In this document: positions 46,030-58,194 of the stretch, in pieces
Position numbering within the stretch: position 1 is the stretch's first letter
Layout of the letters: every line of letters starts with the position of its first letter
From: the human T2T-CHM13v2.0 reference genome, Homo sapiens
Assembly: GCF_009914755.1 (NCBI RefSeq)
Contig: NC_060937.1
Length of the DNA: 64,000 bases
Strand: one strand, 5' to 3'
The notes under the pieces: model-generated
The model's input: only the letters and a program-made list of their open reading frames with translations
What the model was told of the DNA's origin: nothing
Database searches by the model: none
Translations under genes and position numbers: made by a program

Positions 46030-48085
46030 TAGATTGAACCAGGGAAAAAATTGAAACCCTGAACAGATCAATAATGAATTCCAAAATTGAATCAGTAATA
46101 AAAAAAATACCAACCAGAAAAAGCTCTGGACCACAGGGATTCACAGTTGAATTCAACCAGATGCATACAGAAGAACTGACACCTACCCTACTGAAACTAT
46201 TCCAAAAAATTGAGGAGTGGGTATTCCTAATCATCCTGAGGCCAGCATCTTTCAAATACCAAAACCTGGCCGAGACACAATGAAAAAATAAAAAAAAAAA
46301 CTTCAGGCCAATATTCCTGATGAATATAGATGCAAAAATTCTCAAAGAAAGTCCACCACACCAAATCCAGCAGCACATCAAAAAGGTAATCCACTACAAT
46401 CAAGTAGTCTTTATTCCTGGGATGCAAGGTAGGTGCAACATACATAAATCAAGAAATGTGATTTATCACATAAAGAGAACTAAAAACACAACCAATATGA
46501 TTATCTCAATGGACACAAAAATACTTTAAATATGATGGAATATCCTTTTATGTTAAAAATCCATAACAAATGAGGCATTAAAGGAATGTACCTAAAAATA
46601 ATAAGAGCCATCTATGACACACCCACAGCCAACATCATACTGAATGACCAAAAGCTGGAAGCATTCCTTTGAGAACTGAAACCAGAGAAGTATGCTCATT
46701 CTCATCATTCCTATTCAACATAGTACTGGAAGTCCTAGCCAGAGCAATCTGTAAACGGAAAGAAATAGAAGGCATCCAAATAGAAAGAAAGTCAAACTAC
46801 CTGTATTTGCAGACAATATGATTTTACACCTGAAAACTGCATAGTCTCTTCACAAAGACTCCCATATCTAATAAAAAAAGAAAAAATCTTCAGCAAAGTT
46901 TTACTGTACAAAATCAGTGTACAAAAATCAATACCATTTCTATACACTAACAACATCCAAGTTGACAGCCAAATAAAAAATACAATTCTATTCCCAAGGT
47001 CACAAAAAGAATAAAAGACCTAGGAACATGCCTGGCTAGGGAGGTGACATATATCTACAATAGGAGTTAGAAAGCACTAATAATAATAAAAAATAATCAG
47101 AGACAACACAAGTGAATGGAAAAGTATTCCATGCTCATGAGGAGGAAGAATCAATATTGTTAAAATGGTTATAATGCCCAAGGCAGTTTACAGATTTAAT
47201 GTTATTGCTATCAAACTACCAATGATATTTTCACAAAATTAGGAAAAAAAATGGTTCCGAAATTCATTCGGAATAACAAAAGATCCCAAAGAGCCAATAC
47301 AATCTTAAGTAGAAAGCAAAAAGCTAGTCATCACACAACTCTACTTCAAACTATAATGCAAAGCTATAATAACCAAAACAGCATGGTACTGGTACAAAAA
47401 CATACATGTAGACCAATGAAACTGGTTAGACAATCCAGAAATAAAGTCACACCTACAACCATCTGATAATTTACAAAGTTGACAGTACAAAGCAATGGGT
47501 AACAGGCTCTCTATTCAATAAATGGTGCTGGGATAATGGGTTAGACGTATACAGAAGGGTGAACCTGGACTTCTTCTTTTTACAATATACAAAAATCAAC
47601 TTACAATGCATTAAAAACTTAACTGTGAAACCTAAAGGTATAAAAACCATGTAAGAAAACCTAGGAAATGCCATTTTGGACGTAGGCCCTAGCAAAGATT
47701 TTATGATGTATTAAGACTCCAAAGCAATTCTAAAACCAACAAACAAAACTTGACAAGTGTGGTCTCAGAGTTTCTGTACAGCAAAAGCAACTTTCAGCAT
47801 AATAAATAGATAACTTACAGAATGGGAGAAAATATTTGCAAACTATGCTTTAACAAAGGTCTAATATTCAAAATCTATTAGAAACCTAAACAATTAACAA
47901 GCAACACCAAACAACTCTATTAAATGGACAAAGAACATGAGAAACATATCTCAATAAAAGACATTTTTGTGGCCAAGAAACACATGAAAAAATACTCAAT
48001 GTCATTAATCATTAGAGAAATGCAAATCAAAAACCACAATAAAATACCACCTCACACTAGACTTCTCAAAGAACTTAAAATAGAG
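46030..48085 (+). mobile_element. Older primate L1 (L1PA13-16/L1PB-like) ORF2 fragment, 3' end lost
   Basis: Peptides SSGPQGFTVEFNQ, TLLKLFQKIE and [10 protein letters not shown]...[13 protein letters not shown]; decayed FADD region near 46806. Confidence 0.88.
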
Positions 48086-48089
48086 ACAA

Positions 48090-49170
48090 TTTACCTCAAT
48101 TTATCTCTCTCTTCTTACATTTTACTATTAGCAGTCAGAAGAAACCAAGCCATTTCTGAAACATTTATTTTAGAATTTCCTGAGCTAAATAGCTAATTTA
48201 ATTCCTCACATGTTCTGCCATCTACGAAATGCTACAACATAAACACAATTCAGTCAAGTTCTTTGCCACTTCATAACAAAGGTTACTGTTTCTCTAGTTT
48301 CCAATAATATGTTTTTCATTGCCATTTGTAATCTCCTCGGAATAGCTTTTAATGTCCATATTTCTACCTACATTCTAATCCATTTTTTTTTATTCTCAGT
48401 GTACCCTCAAATTTCTCTCACGATGTGTTAAGTGGGTTTTGAAGGCAAACATTTAATAAAATAAAGGTAAGTTAAAGACAGAACTATTAAATATAAGGGA
48501 GCCAAAAATTGCTAGGATGGAAAACTTAATTCTTATTCTTGCCTGTGAAAAGGCAAATGATGTTATAATTAAAAAAATACTTTTATACAGAATGAAATCC
48601 AAGGCACTCTTTCCTACCCTTTATTTGATGGTACAAATATGATGCCAAGGTTATTACTGTACAATCTTTAGCCAGGAGCTCAGAAATATTTCTTTAAGGC
48701 AGTGCCTCATAGACCACATCACGTAGAGAAAGGACTGTTACAAACCGACAAAAAAGCTTCTAAAAATCTTAAGCCTGTGCTTCGCAAATTATCTCCTTTA
48801 AATAGCAGACATCCTTTGGATTTAAGGACATTGCCCTACAGCATCTTGACAGGGATGCAAACAGGAAGTGCCTCATTTCAAATAGATCAGTGGAAGTGAC
48901 TTTTGTCTAATAACATGTTCTTCATTTCCCTCATTTATATCACCAGAATGGGCTTAAATGTCTACATTTCTATCAACAGTCTGTTCGTGATTACTTAAAT
49001 ATTCTCTAAGAAGATGAAAGCATTCTCTCTAGTTCTCCTCTTCTGTTTCAGCCCTCACCAGAATAGCCAGAGGCTGGAATCATCTCAACTCTTGGTCAGG
49101 AAGTTGGGCCTGTCAGTAGGGACATTAGCTATGACTGTCAGCCAAAATTTTCATGTGGCTTTTCAATGTA
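48090..49170. mobile_element. Rearranged MaLR-internal and MLT1 fragments in mixed orientation
   Basis: 48090-48378 and 48920-49068 match the MaLR-int 5' region on the minus strand (CAAGTTCTTTGCCACTTCATAACAAAGG; CCCTCACCAGAAT); 48475-48912 and 49066-49170 match sequence at 51350-51966. Confidence 0.68.
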
Positions 49171-49837
49171 CACTGTCAAATACATAATTTTATGATATGC
49201 AAAAATTATCATATTTTCTAATTTAATCAACATTGAATAAAACAGTAGCATGACCAAATGTGTAGCTCACTTAATGATCATCTCATTAATGAAATATGCA
49301 GACAGCTAGAAGGAGATTTTTATGACATTATTTGTAACTCATTAAGTAGCAAATACGTGGTGCCCCTCTTTCTCAAAATCAAGTGAAAACAAGACAAAAT
49401 GTCATAAAGATGAGTTTTGACAATAAATGCCAAAGACATTTTGTGATTCATCAAGACTTTTGTGATAAAGAGAAACTTTTCTCTTTTAAAAGCTCATGAA
49501 ATGCAGTGTGCATGTGCAGGCAATGACGTTAGTATACTTAAGTTTGGTTTGTAAGAAGAAGAAAAATAATGCTTAACGATAATTTGAATAAAGAAAGAAT
49601 AACATGATAATCTCAGATCTGAGAATGTGTTAAAAGAAGACATGGCTAAACCAGAAACTGGTTTGAACAAGCAAGATTCCCCATTCAATGCTGTGAAAGC
49701 TTCACTGTGAGCCTTAATTTCCATATTGTACTGCAGATGAGATACTGGAATTCTCAAGTTATAACTGTCTCAAATGATTCTCTTAAAATATTAATGAAAA
49801 TAAATAATGACAAATGTTTAAAGAATGTAAACCATAA

Positions 49838-50195
49838 CGTATTAGTCCATTCTCATGCTGCTGATAAAGACATATCTGAGACTGGGTTATTTATAAAGAA
49901 AAAGGTTAATGGACTCACAGTTCCATGTGGCTGGGGAGGACTCACAATCATGGCAAAATGGGAAAGGAACATCTTACATGGCAGCAGACAATAGAGAGAG
50001 AATTTGTGCAGGGAAACTCACCTTTATAAAACCAACAGATCTCCTGAAACTTATTCACTATCACAAGAACAGGACAGGAAAGACCTGCCCCCATGATTCA
50101 ATTACCTCCTAGTGGGTCTCTCCCATGACACATGGGAATTGTGGGAGCTACAATTCCAGATGAGATTTGGGTGGGGACACAGCCAAACCATATCA
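49838..50195 (-). mobile_element. THE1 solo LTR
   Basis: GTATTAGTCCATTCTCATGCTGCTGATAAAGAC...GGGGACACAGCCAAACCATATCA; perfect 5-bp TSD CATAA. Confidence 0.93.
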
Positions 50196-50237
50196 CATAA
50201 TACAGATGCAGGTACAGGGATTATTACCGAAGCAGGC

Positions 50238-50497
50238 TTAGGTGATTAAGATCATGGACTCCCAAATCAGTGAAAATGTGGTCTGAATTTTGGCTCTGCC
50301 ACTTCCTAGTCAAATGACCCTTTTTGTGTTTCTTGATATATCTATACCTCTGTTTCCTCATCAGTCAGATGGGGATTATGAGTGAACCTATCTCATAGGC
50401 AACTGCAGCGGATTAAATATTCTAAGTGGATATAAAGGAATCAGAACAATTCCCAGGAAACAACAAGAGCTTTATAATTGTCTTCAATTATCATTAT
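50238..50497 (+). mobile_element. MIR, near full length
   Basis: TGGCTCTGCCACTTCCTAG...CCTCTGTTTCCTCATC...ATGGGGAT...ACCTATCTCATAGG...GGATTAAAT. Confidence 0.8.
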
Positions 50498-51204
50498 TTG
50501 TGATTTATTCCTGGTTCTGTGCTTTTTAGTTTCTGAATTAAATTGAGTAATGGAAGTAAATTCTACTTTGTATAGTATCTTGCAAGTCAGAGGGAAAATC
50601 TGAACCACCATTGAAATATAAAAAATTCAGTGGAGATAGTTTTCTTGATATAATTTGGCAAAGGTTAGAGGATCATTTTACTCTAACATATTCTTTCTGT
50701 GAGGAACAACATTTCCTTGGAGAGGACATAGGTTTATTTCAGTTTCAGAAATAACTACCCTACAGAGTAACAATTTACAGATTTACAAGTTTAAACAGTA
50801 AAAAATAATAAGCTAGCTAAATTACCCATTGGAGTAAACTCTTCCAAAATTTAGGAACATATTATCTATAAAGCACAAAGTTAACTTTAAAATGTTTAAG
50901 GCCCATGATAGTGCTCAATATGTTACAATCAAGAAACTATTAAAATCTCTCAGTCAGTTGATACCACATTGCTGAGTGAATGAATCATGCACAATTTCCT
51001 GCAAGCTAATAAAAGAACATTCCAATTTCCACATGGAAGCAAGTTTTCTTAGAAGATGTAACTTTTTTGTGTTGTAAGGATTAACTGCCTGAAGAATTTG
51101 TGTTTTAGGAAACTCCAAATTTTTTTTTACAGTTTGTCAATATTAATTCATTTGGGGAAATTGATGAGGAGATCTTTACCGATATTTTAAGTTAGATATT
51201 GGTC

Positions 51205-51522
51205 TACTTGTCTGTTGCAGCTTAAAAAGTTAATACCAAAATTTAATGACTTAAAGAAACATTTATTTTACTAATGAATATGCAATCCTGGAAGAACTCA
51301 GTAGGGATGGCTTATCATTGCTCTATTCTGCAAAAGCTAGAGGCCTCAAAGGCCAGAGACTGGAAATATCTAATCACTTGGGCAGGGATTTGGTGTTGTC
51401 AGTAGGGACATTAGCTGAGACTGTCATTGAAACACCTTTATGAGGCTTCTCAATGTAGCCTCAAAACTTTTACAATATGTTGACTGGCTTTCAAAGCAAA
51501 CTATACCAAGAAATGAAAGAAT
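51205..51522 (-). mobile_element. MLT1H-like LTR, 3' part (5' part at ~53325-53522 on the + strand)
   Basis: CCAAAATTTAATGACTTAAAGAAACATTTATT...CTCAGTAGGGATGGCTTATC...GACTGGCTTTCAAAGC; partner piece GAATATGGATGGGCC...CTAGATCATAAAAGGTGATACAGG. Confidence 0.6.
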
Positions 51523-51524
51523 GA

Positions 51525-53322
51525 TGAAGATAAAACTATTAAATATAAAGGAACTCAAAATTGCTAGGATAGAAAAGTGAACTCTAACACAATTCCTGCC
51601 TTTCAAAAAGGCAAATGATGCTATAGTTAAGAAATTACTTTCATATAAAACCAAATCCAAGGCCTTGCTCCCTCCCCTTGATTTGGGTGGTACAGAAAAA
51701 TGAAGCCAAGGTTATTATTCAAAAACCTGTAGCCAGTAACTCAGAAATATTTAAGGCAGTGGTTTATAGACTGTTTTACATATACAAAAGACTTTCCAAC
51801 AGACAAAAGGCCCTCTGAGAATCATAGGGCTGTTCTTTGCAAATCCTCTCTTTTAAATAATAAAGCTCCTTTGAATTTAAGGACATTGCCATACAGTAGT
51901 TTAACAGGGATGTAAACAAGAAGGGACTTATTTCAAAGAGATCAGTGGAAATGACTTATGTCTAATGTAATTGCTAGGGGTGGACGAGGGCATCAGCAAA
52001 CTATAAACAAAAGGCCAGATCAAGCTCACTGAATATTTCTGCAGGTAAAAATTCATTCACACACTGCCACATACCTTCATTTACATATTGTTTATGGTTG
52101 TTTTCATGCTACAACCACAGAGCTGAATAATTGTGTCAGAGAACATATGGCTGCAAAAAGAGAAATATTTCTTTTCTGACCTTTACAGAAAAAAATGCTA
52201 ACTCCTTTTACAGATTATTTACTCATTCATAAACAACTCAAATAGCTTTCAAATGAATTGTATTAGTTGGACTTAACAGGACCAGGACAGCTCAAAATGG
52301 GGAGAAGCTTTTGGACTCTCATATTTCTGTGGGCAACAAGAAGGATGATAAAAATACTGAACTACAAATTGGGGGTAACTTTTATATAAAATAAAGAATA
52401 ACTGAGATGGTAAAAGAGAGGTCCAGAGGGTTGAGTCAAGAATTTGGAGAATATTTCCAAAGCTATAATTCTCCATAGCGCTATACTGTAATCAAGGAAC
52501 TGACAGCATATGTCTGGATTTTAGGATTGTCATGGCCAAGTCACTGACTATAGTGTTCCTGCTATATTTCTCCTTTATGCTGGGAAGTATCTATGGCAGA
52601 TATCCTATACCTAGTCCAACAGCATATGTTGGGATGCATGTGGAAAAATACATGTCTTGTTATACTGCTTGTTTTCTGAATGAGAAGGTTGATAACTGAA
52701 AGAGTTACACTGAGATATGATACTAGACTGAAAAGAATCATCTACACCTGGACCTGATTTAGATACCAAAATCTTCAAGCCTCTAGGCTAATCCAATGTT
52801 GTCACAGGATAAGACTTTGATGGGTTTGGGAACAATGGTGAGGGTATTTTGCAAATAAGAGAAATTTTTTTGTTTGTTTGTTTGTTTTTTGTTTTTTTTT
52901 TTTTTTTTTTTTGGTGAGGCCAGAAGACAATGTGACTGATATGGTGTGAATGTGTTCTCCAAAGTTTGTGCATTGGGAACTTAATCTCCAATGCAACAGT
53001 GGTGGAAGGTGGGCCTAATAAAAGGTAATTAAGTAATGAGGGACCTGCTCTCATTAGTGGGTTAATGTCATTATTGCAGAAGTTGGTTTGTTATCATGAG
53101 AGTGGGTTTGTTAAAAAAGTGAGTTTGGCTGCCTCTCGCTTGCTTGTGTTCTCTTGCCCTTCCTTCTGTTTTCCACCATTGGATGTTGTAGCAAGATGGT
53201 CCTCACCAGACGGACCTTGGACTTCCAGCCCTCCAGAAGTATAAGAAATAAACTTTTTTTTTTTTTTATGAATTACCTAGTCTCAGGTATTCTGGTATAG
53301 CAGCACAAAATTGACCAAGACA
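51525..53322 (+). mobile_element. MaLR internal sequence plus 3' LTR (MSTC/D-like LTR at 52937-53322)
   Basis: Internal ends GGTGAGGGTATTTTGC...GAGGCCAGAAGAC; LTR TGATATGGTGTGAATGTGTTCTCCAAAG...GTATAGCAGCACAAAATTGACCAAGACA. Confidence 0.78.
51986..52207 (+). mobile_element. MER58A-like hAT-Charlie MITE
   Basis: CAGCAAACTA...CATTTACATATTGTTTATGGTTG...CAGAGCTGAATAATTG...CCTTTACAGAAAAAAATGCTAACTCC. Confidence 0.78.
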
Positions 53323-53559
53323 TTGGCAAATTTAATTTTCAAAAATATTTTCAATTGCACATGCTTTTCCAGCCCCTGCCACAGTTTACTGAGAAAATGG
53401 AATCCATGTCCTCTATTTTTGAATATGGATGGGCCTTTGTAGCTACTTCTATAAACAGAATATTTTGGAAATAACACTGTGTTTTTCTATGCTAGATCAT
53501 AAAAGGTGATACAGGCCTTCACCACTTGCCCTGACTCCAGACTTGAAGAGCCCTCACAA

Positions 53560-54015
53560 TAGCTTACACTATTTTCATGGATGTAAAGCACTAGTTGTCA
53601 CCAGCACCTCTCCCACTGACTGAAGAGAGACTACTTTGCTCATACTCTCACCAGACCGAACACATGGGGGTTCCACCTTATCCAGGGACTGTCAGACAGA
53701 AGCCCAAAAAGGGGACTCTGGCCAATGGGATACTGGAAAATTATTTGATATCCCCTTTTCTCAAGATAGATTATTCCAGCACAGAATGATTTCATGCATC
53801 TTCTATGGAGATGTTTCAAGTGATTAGGCTAATAGATTTGAATTATTGCAAAGCAATGTCTAGCTCAGTAACATTATTTTCTTATTTGCGCTCTCCCATT
53901 CCTTCTTTAGTTACCTGTTTCCTTTCCCTCTTATTCTCTGTTTTGCAACACCTGGAGAAAGTGTTAGCACATAAGCTTTTCATTTAGAATCTGTTTCTTA
54001 GAGAATGCAAGGAAT
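53560..54015 (+). mobile_element. Old ERVL-type LTR fragment (family uncertain)
   Basis: CTCTGGCCAATGGGAT and a 3' end TTAGCACATAAGC...TAGAATCTGTTTCTTAGAGAA resembling LTR16/33-type ends. Confidence 0.45.
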
Positions 54016-54164
54016 GAATAATCCTGGCTAAGAAAATATCCTTGTCTTCAGAAGGCTAAAATTAGATTGATTAGCTGTATGTATGTATGTGTATGTGTAT
54101 GCATAAACTCATATCGCTAAAATTATATTAATTTTCTACATATGTGTGGGGAGAGAGAATAGTC

Positions 54165-54360
54165 AGGAAATATTGACCTGGAATAAAACTACTTAAGTCC
54201 AAATCCCTACACTGTCTTTTAGACTCTGTGTAATCTCCTGACCCAGTTTCCCTTTGGTTAAAAAATGATAATCATAATTTTTCATTTGGGACTCATAGAA
54301 CACTGGCTGCAATAGAGGAAGCTCTTAGAAATTTTTATAATTCATTTATTATTATTATTA
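54165..54360 (+). mobile_element. MIR fragment
   Basis: AAGTCCAAATCCC...CCCAGTTTCCCTTTGGTTAAAAAATGATAAT...CATAGAACACTGGC...ATTATTATT. Confidence 0.5.
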
Positions 54361-54904
54361 TCATTATTTTTATGGAAAAATCATATTCTACATGCAGGTT
54401 TCAAATACAGCAATAAAATTTATAAGGTTATTTTTAGAATATAACACTTTAAAAAAGTAATGGCATTGCATTAGTTATAGATATGTTAACTGTTACATTA
54501 AATTAATCATGAGCTAAATACATTCATGTATACATTAACCTACTTGAAATCACGTAATATGCAGATTGAATTAACTAACATATTTTTTAATAATGTGCTT
54601 GTCTGTATTATATCTTTCATGGGTTTATTAAACTGCATAAATCAGCATTAAGGATAAACATATATTTAGTTATACAGTTAGGCAATGCTACTAATTTTAG
54701 CTGTGAAAATGGATTTTATTTCAAATTATTTCAATTCAATACTTTCTATATACAATGTACAAACCCAAAACTAAATTATCTTTCATTTACTAACAAGAAT
54801 TTTATTGAAGTTTTTTTCTTCTGTGGCCATGTTATAAAAATAAGTTAGCAGTTTTTATACTATTTTTAAATATTTGATAATCTTATTACTACTCTTTCAT
54901 TCTT

Positions 54905-55270
54905 CTTTCATTCAGCTTAAATTATGCTACAACAAATGACCCTACTACAGCAGTGGCTTGTGAAATAAAAGCTTATTTCTCACTCAAGTTACATGTCTAT
55001 TGAGTGTCAAGAATGTCTCTGTTTTGTGTGTTTACTCTGAATATTAGTTTAACGGAAAAGCCCCAATTTGGTCCAGACTGATCTCGTGGCAAAGAGAAAA
55101 TAACTTGGCAAAAGTAAACTTGACTTATAAAAAGCACACATCATGTGTGCTCACATGTAATTGACCAAAGCAAGTCACATGACCACTTCCTAGTTCAACA
55201 GGAAACACACCTGCAACCCTCAAGTCACATGACCATATTTAATTTCAATAAGCTTGAATACAGTGTGAGG
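54905..55270 (-). mobile_element. Old MLT1-type LTR
   Basis: TTATGCTACAACAAATGACCC...CAGTGGCTTG...TTATTTCTCACTCA...GCTCACATGTAATTGACCAAAGCAAGTCACATGACC. Confidence 0.6.
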
Positions 55271-58194
55271 CAAAACATATTTTCACGATCATATCATTTA
55301 TATGTTATTTCTTTTCTCCACACAAAATTCATGCAACCCCTTTTCAAGGGATACAAGATAAAAGTCACATAAAAATTCTGTATAGTCTTAAGAGTCCAGA
55401 ATCTCATGATTAGATATAGATGTATCTCTATGGAACTAACTCTATAATGAGAGAAAGAATATATCAAGCAGGAATCATGAAAGTATGAATTACCTACCAC
55501 TCCCTTCCTTTCAGGCCTCAGTTTCAAATACCTTTGTGAAGTTTCTCTTTCTGTATATGCGAAGGTGGCAATGATAACAGGCTGAACATACAGTTGCACC
55601 ACTCTGTGATCTAGCTGGGCTGAGTCACATTCAGTGGCTTATTTTGAGACAGGTTTCTAAATAGAAGCTTACAGAAATAAGATCCACTGTCCTAGCCCCC
55701 AGCTCTTTTCATCCCATTGGCTCTAAGTTTTCAGTTGATGTCAGAGATGGTATCAGAGACAAATCGTTTAATATTAAAAGACCCCATCTTCATGATACCT
55801 AGAAATATAAATGGCACCCATTTTATTTCCTAAATATTTTCACACTGTAAAACACACACTAAATACACCCTTCTACTTTAGTTTTTCACAAAAGAGGCAA
55901 CAATATCTTATTTGAAGAATAACAATTCCAGAATCCATCCCTCTTGTCAAATTGACCTTATAGTCTCACAGAGTTGTGCAATGTCTGGCAGTATGTATGT
56001 GTCAAAAATTATAGGTTTTAGTCATGGGAATACATTAGCATGACAATATGTCAGAAAAATAAAAAAGTATATATAGAAAGGTCATAAAATTTCATGCCAG
56101 ACAGCCCTAAGTGTAAACCCTGATTCTGGTATTTGTCAACTATACAACTGTCACTCAGAACTTCCCTGCTGCAGTTCTCACCCCTTAAGAGTAGTTATTT
56201 CTCTATACGAGATCATATAGGTTTGAGTAAACAAAAGTAACCATTTCAACCATCTGCAACCTATAGAAATTGAGCAGAATTAGATACAATTAAACAAGAA
56301 CCACTACATCTTAATTGTGAAAAAGCACTCCAGCTGTCTGACTGTAATAATACCACCTTCTCTTCAATATTCATATAACTGTCAGAGCAGTGCAGTTGCT
56401 CAGAATGTAGATATTTCTATCTTCCCAGTAGCATAGATGAAGTTTCAGAAGTTGGATCTCTCTTATTAAGTAGCTTATTCACCTCAGTGTTCTAATCAGT
56501 TGATTCCAATGAAGTTTTCTAAATCTCAACATGCAGCTCCTATGTAATTGCTACTACTTCTCAAGATAACCATAAGCTCCTCCTTCTTTGGCTAGAAGCC
56601 AGGTCTCACAGCTACACTTCAGCTGCTAACAAGTAGGGAAGAGATGGAGATCTCTGCATAGCTACCTACTGGGTGAATGTTGGGACTTAAAAACAGTGTA
56701 CGGAGTCTGGGATTTCAGCTGCTGAAGTTTTGGAGGCAACAGATTTGAGGAAATTAAGACATCTGGCACACAGACTTCACCTAATGACCAGTTTCAGGTG
56801 CTACTTTCTGAACTCATCCAGGATGCACAACTAATCTAAGGAACGCAATCATTACCCAAGTCACAGAAGGGTTCAGTGAATACTATCAAATTCATGTTTT
56901 ATGTAGATTCCTTTAAAAAATTATTTGGCTATCTCTGAAGTTTCTGCCCCAAGGTTATTTCGCCTTATTAACAGGCTTTTCCACCAGCCCAACGGGGCAA
57001 ACAAATACGTGCTTGTGGTCATTCGGTGGTTAAAACTGTAAGTTGCGTCTCATGTGAGGGACTAATGAAATGTTGTGGTAAGGTGATAAATGACGCATCA
57101 ACAAATAGGCCCCAGGTAAGCCATCATCCATTTAATCATTTCACTTATACTTTAAGACCCTTTCCTGGCAACTTTTTCAATGTTAAAGAATAGGAAGTTG
57201 CTTTTGCCAAGGGAAAATAATCACAGAAGAATGAGACAGCAAATTACTCATCATTTTGGCAAAAGTTTTGAACAGCCAAAAATACGTCTTAGTTCAGGTC
57301 CAAGAATACAGATGTCTGTATTAGATGACTAAGCAGGTTTATCACTGGCAAATTCATCTAGAGTCCTTCTATTCCAGGAAGTGAAAAACTGGCAAGGTAA
57401 ATGGTTTCTTCATGTATTAAATACTGAGAAAGGACCCTGAAAATGTCTTACATTTGTGACAAGAGAAGAAGCTGGGATTCTAAACCTCGATGAAGAAAGA
57501 AACGGAGTATTCCTATGTATGCCAATATAAAGTATAACAACTTGAAAGAATATATTAATACTATATTGTACACTTTGCAGTTGAGAGTTTTAGACAGAAC
57601 ATTGTGGCTAAGGAAACCACTCCTACTCTCACTTTCACATAAATAACTTGGCCTCTCAAGTGATCTACACTGGCATAGAAAGAGACGTACAATTAAAAAA
57701 TAATAATAATAACCAGAAGTATAGTTATGGGTTACAAGACTATATGATTAAAAAGGAAAAAAAAAGATCTTGGAAAAAGCATTCTCAGCCCAGATTAATT
57801 TATAATTCTTAGTGTTGAGGTGATATTTACATGTTAACTATCTGGTTGTGAAAGCAAACAAGAAATATATTCAGTGATAAAATGTGTAATATTCATGTGT
57901 AAACTAACCCAGAAAAAAATTCTTAATCATTTTATAATGAATGATAACTTTTCTCAGAAGCCACAAAATGGTGCTTTTATTTTCTTCTTTATACACATAA
58001 ACACACACACGTACACAAGTATGTTCTATATAACTCAAATGATTTTATCCTAAACCCAAAATTCATGTAGCTTATTAGTATTTATTATTAAAGTTTATTA
58101 TAAAAAGTGTTTAAAAAATGATTTAAAACACCAAGTTTGTTTAAGTGGGCTGACAAAGGTCAATGTATTTGGCTTTTCATCTTCCTTTTTTTTT

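Noticed and set aside
52866-52912. T-rich tract as a separate retro-insertion
   Set aside because: No TSD or element body; more simply a (T)n/(TTTG)n expansion in MaLR internal sequence
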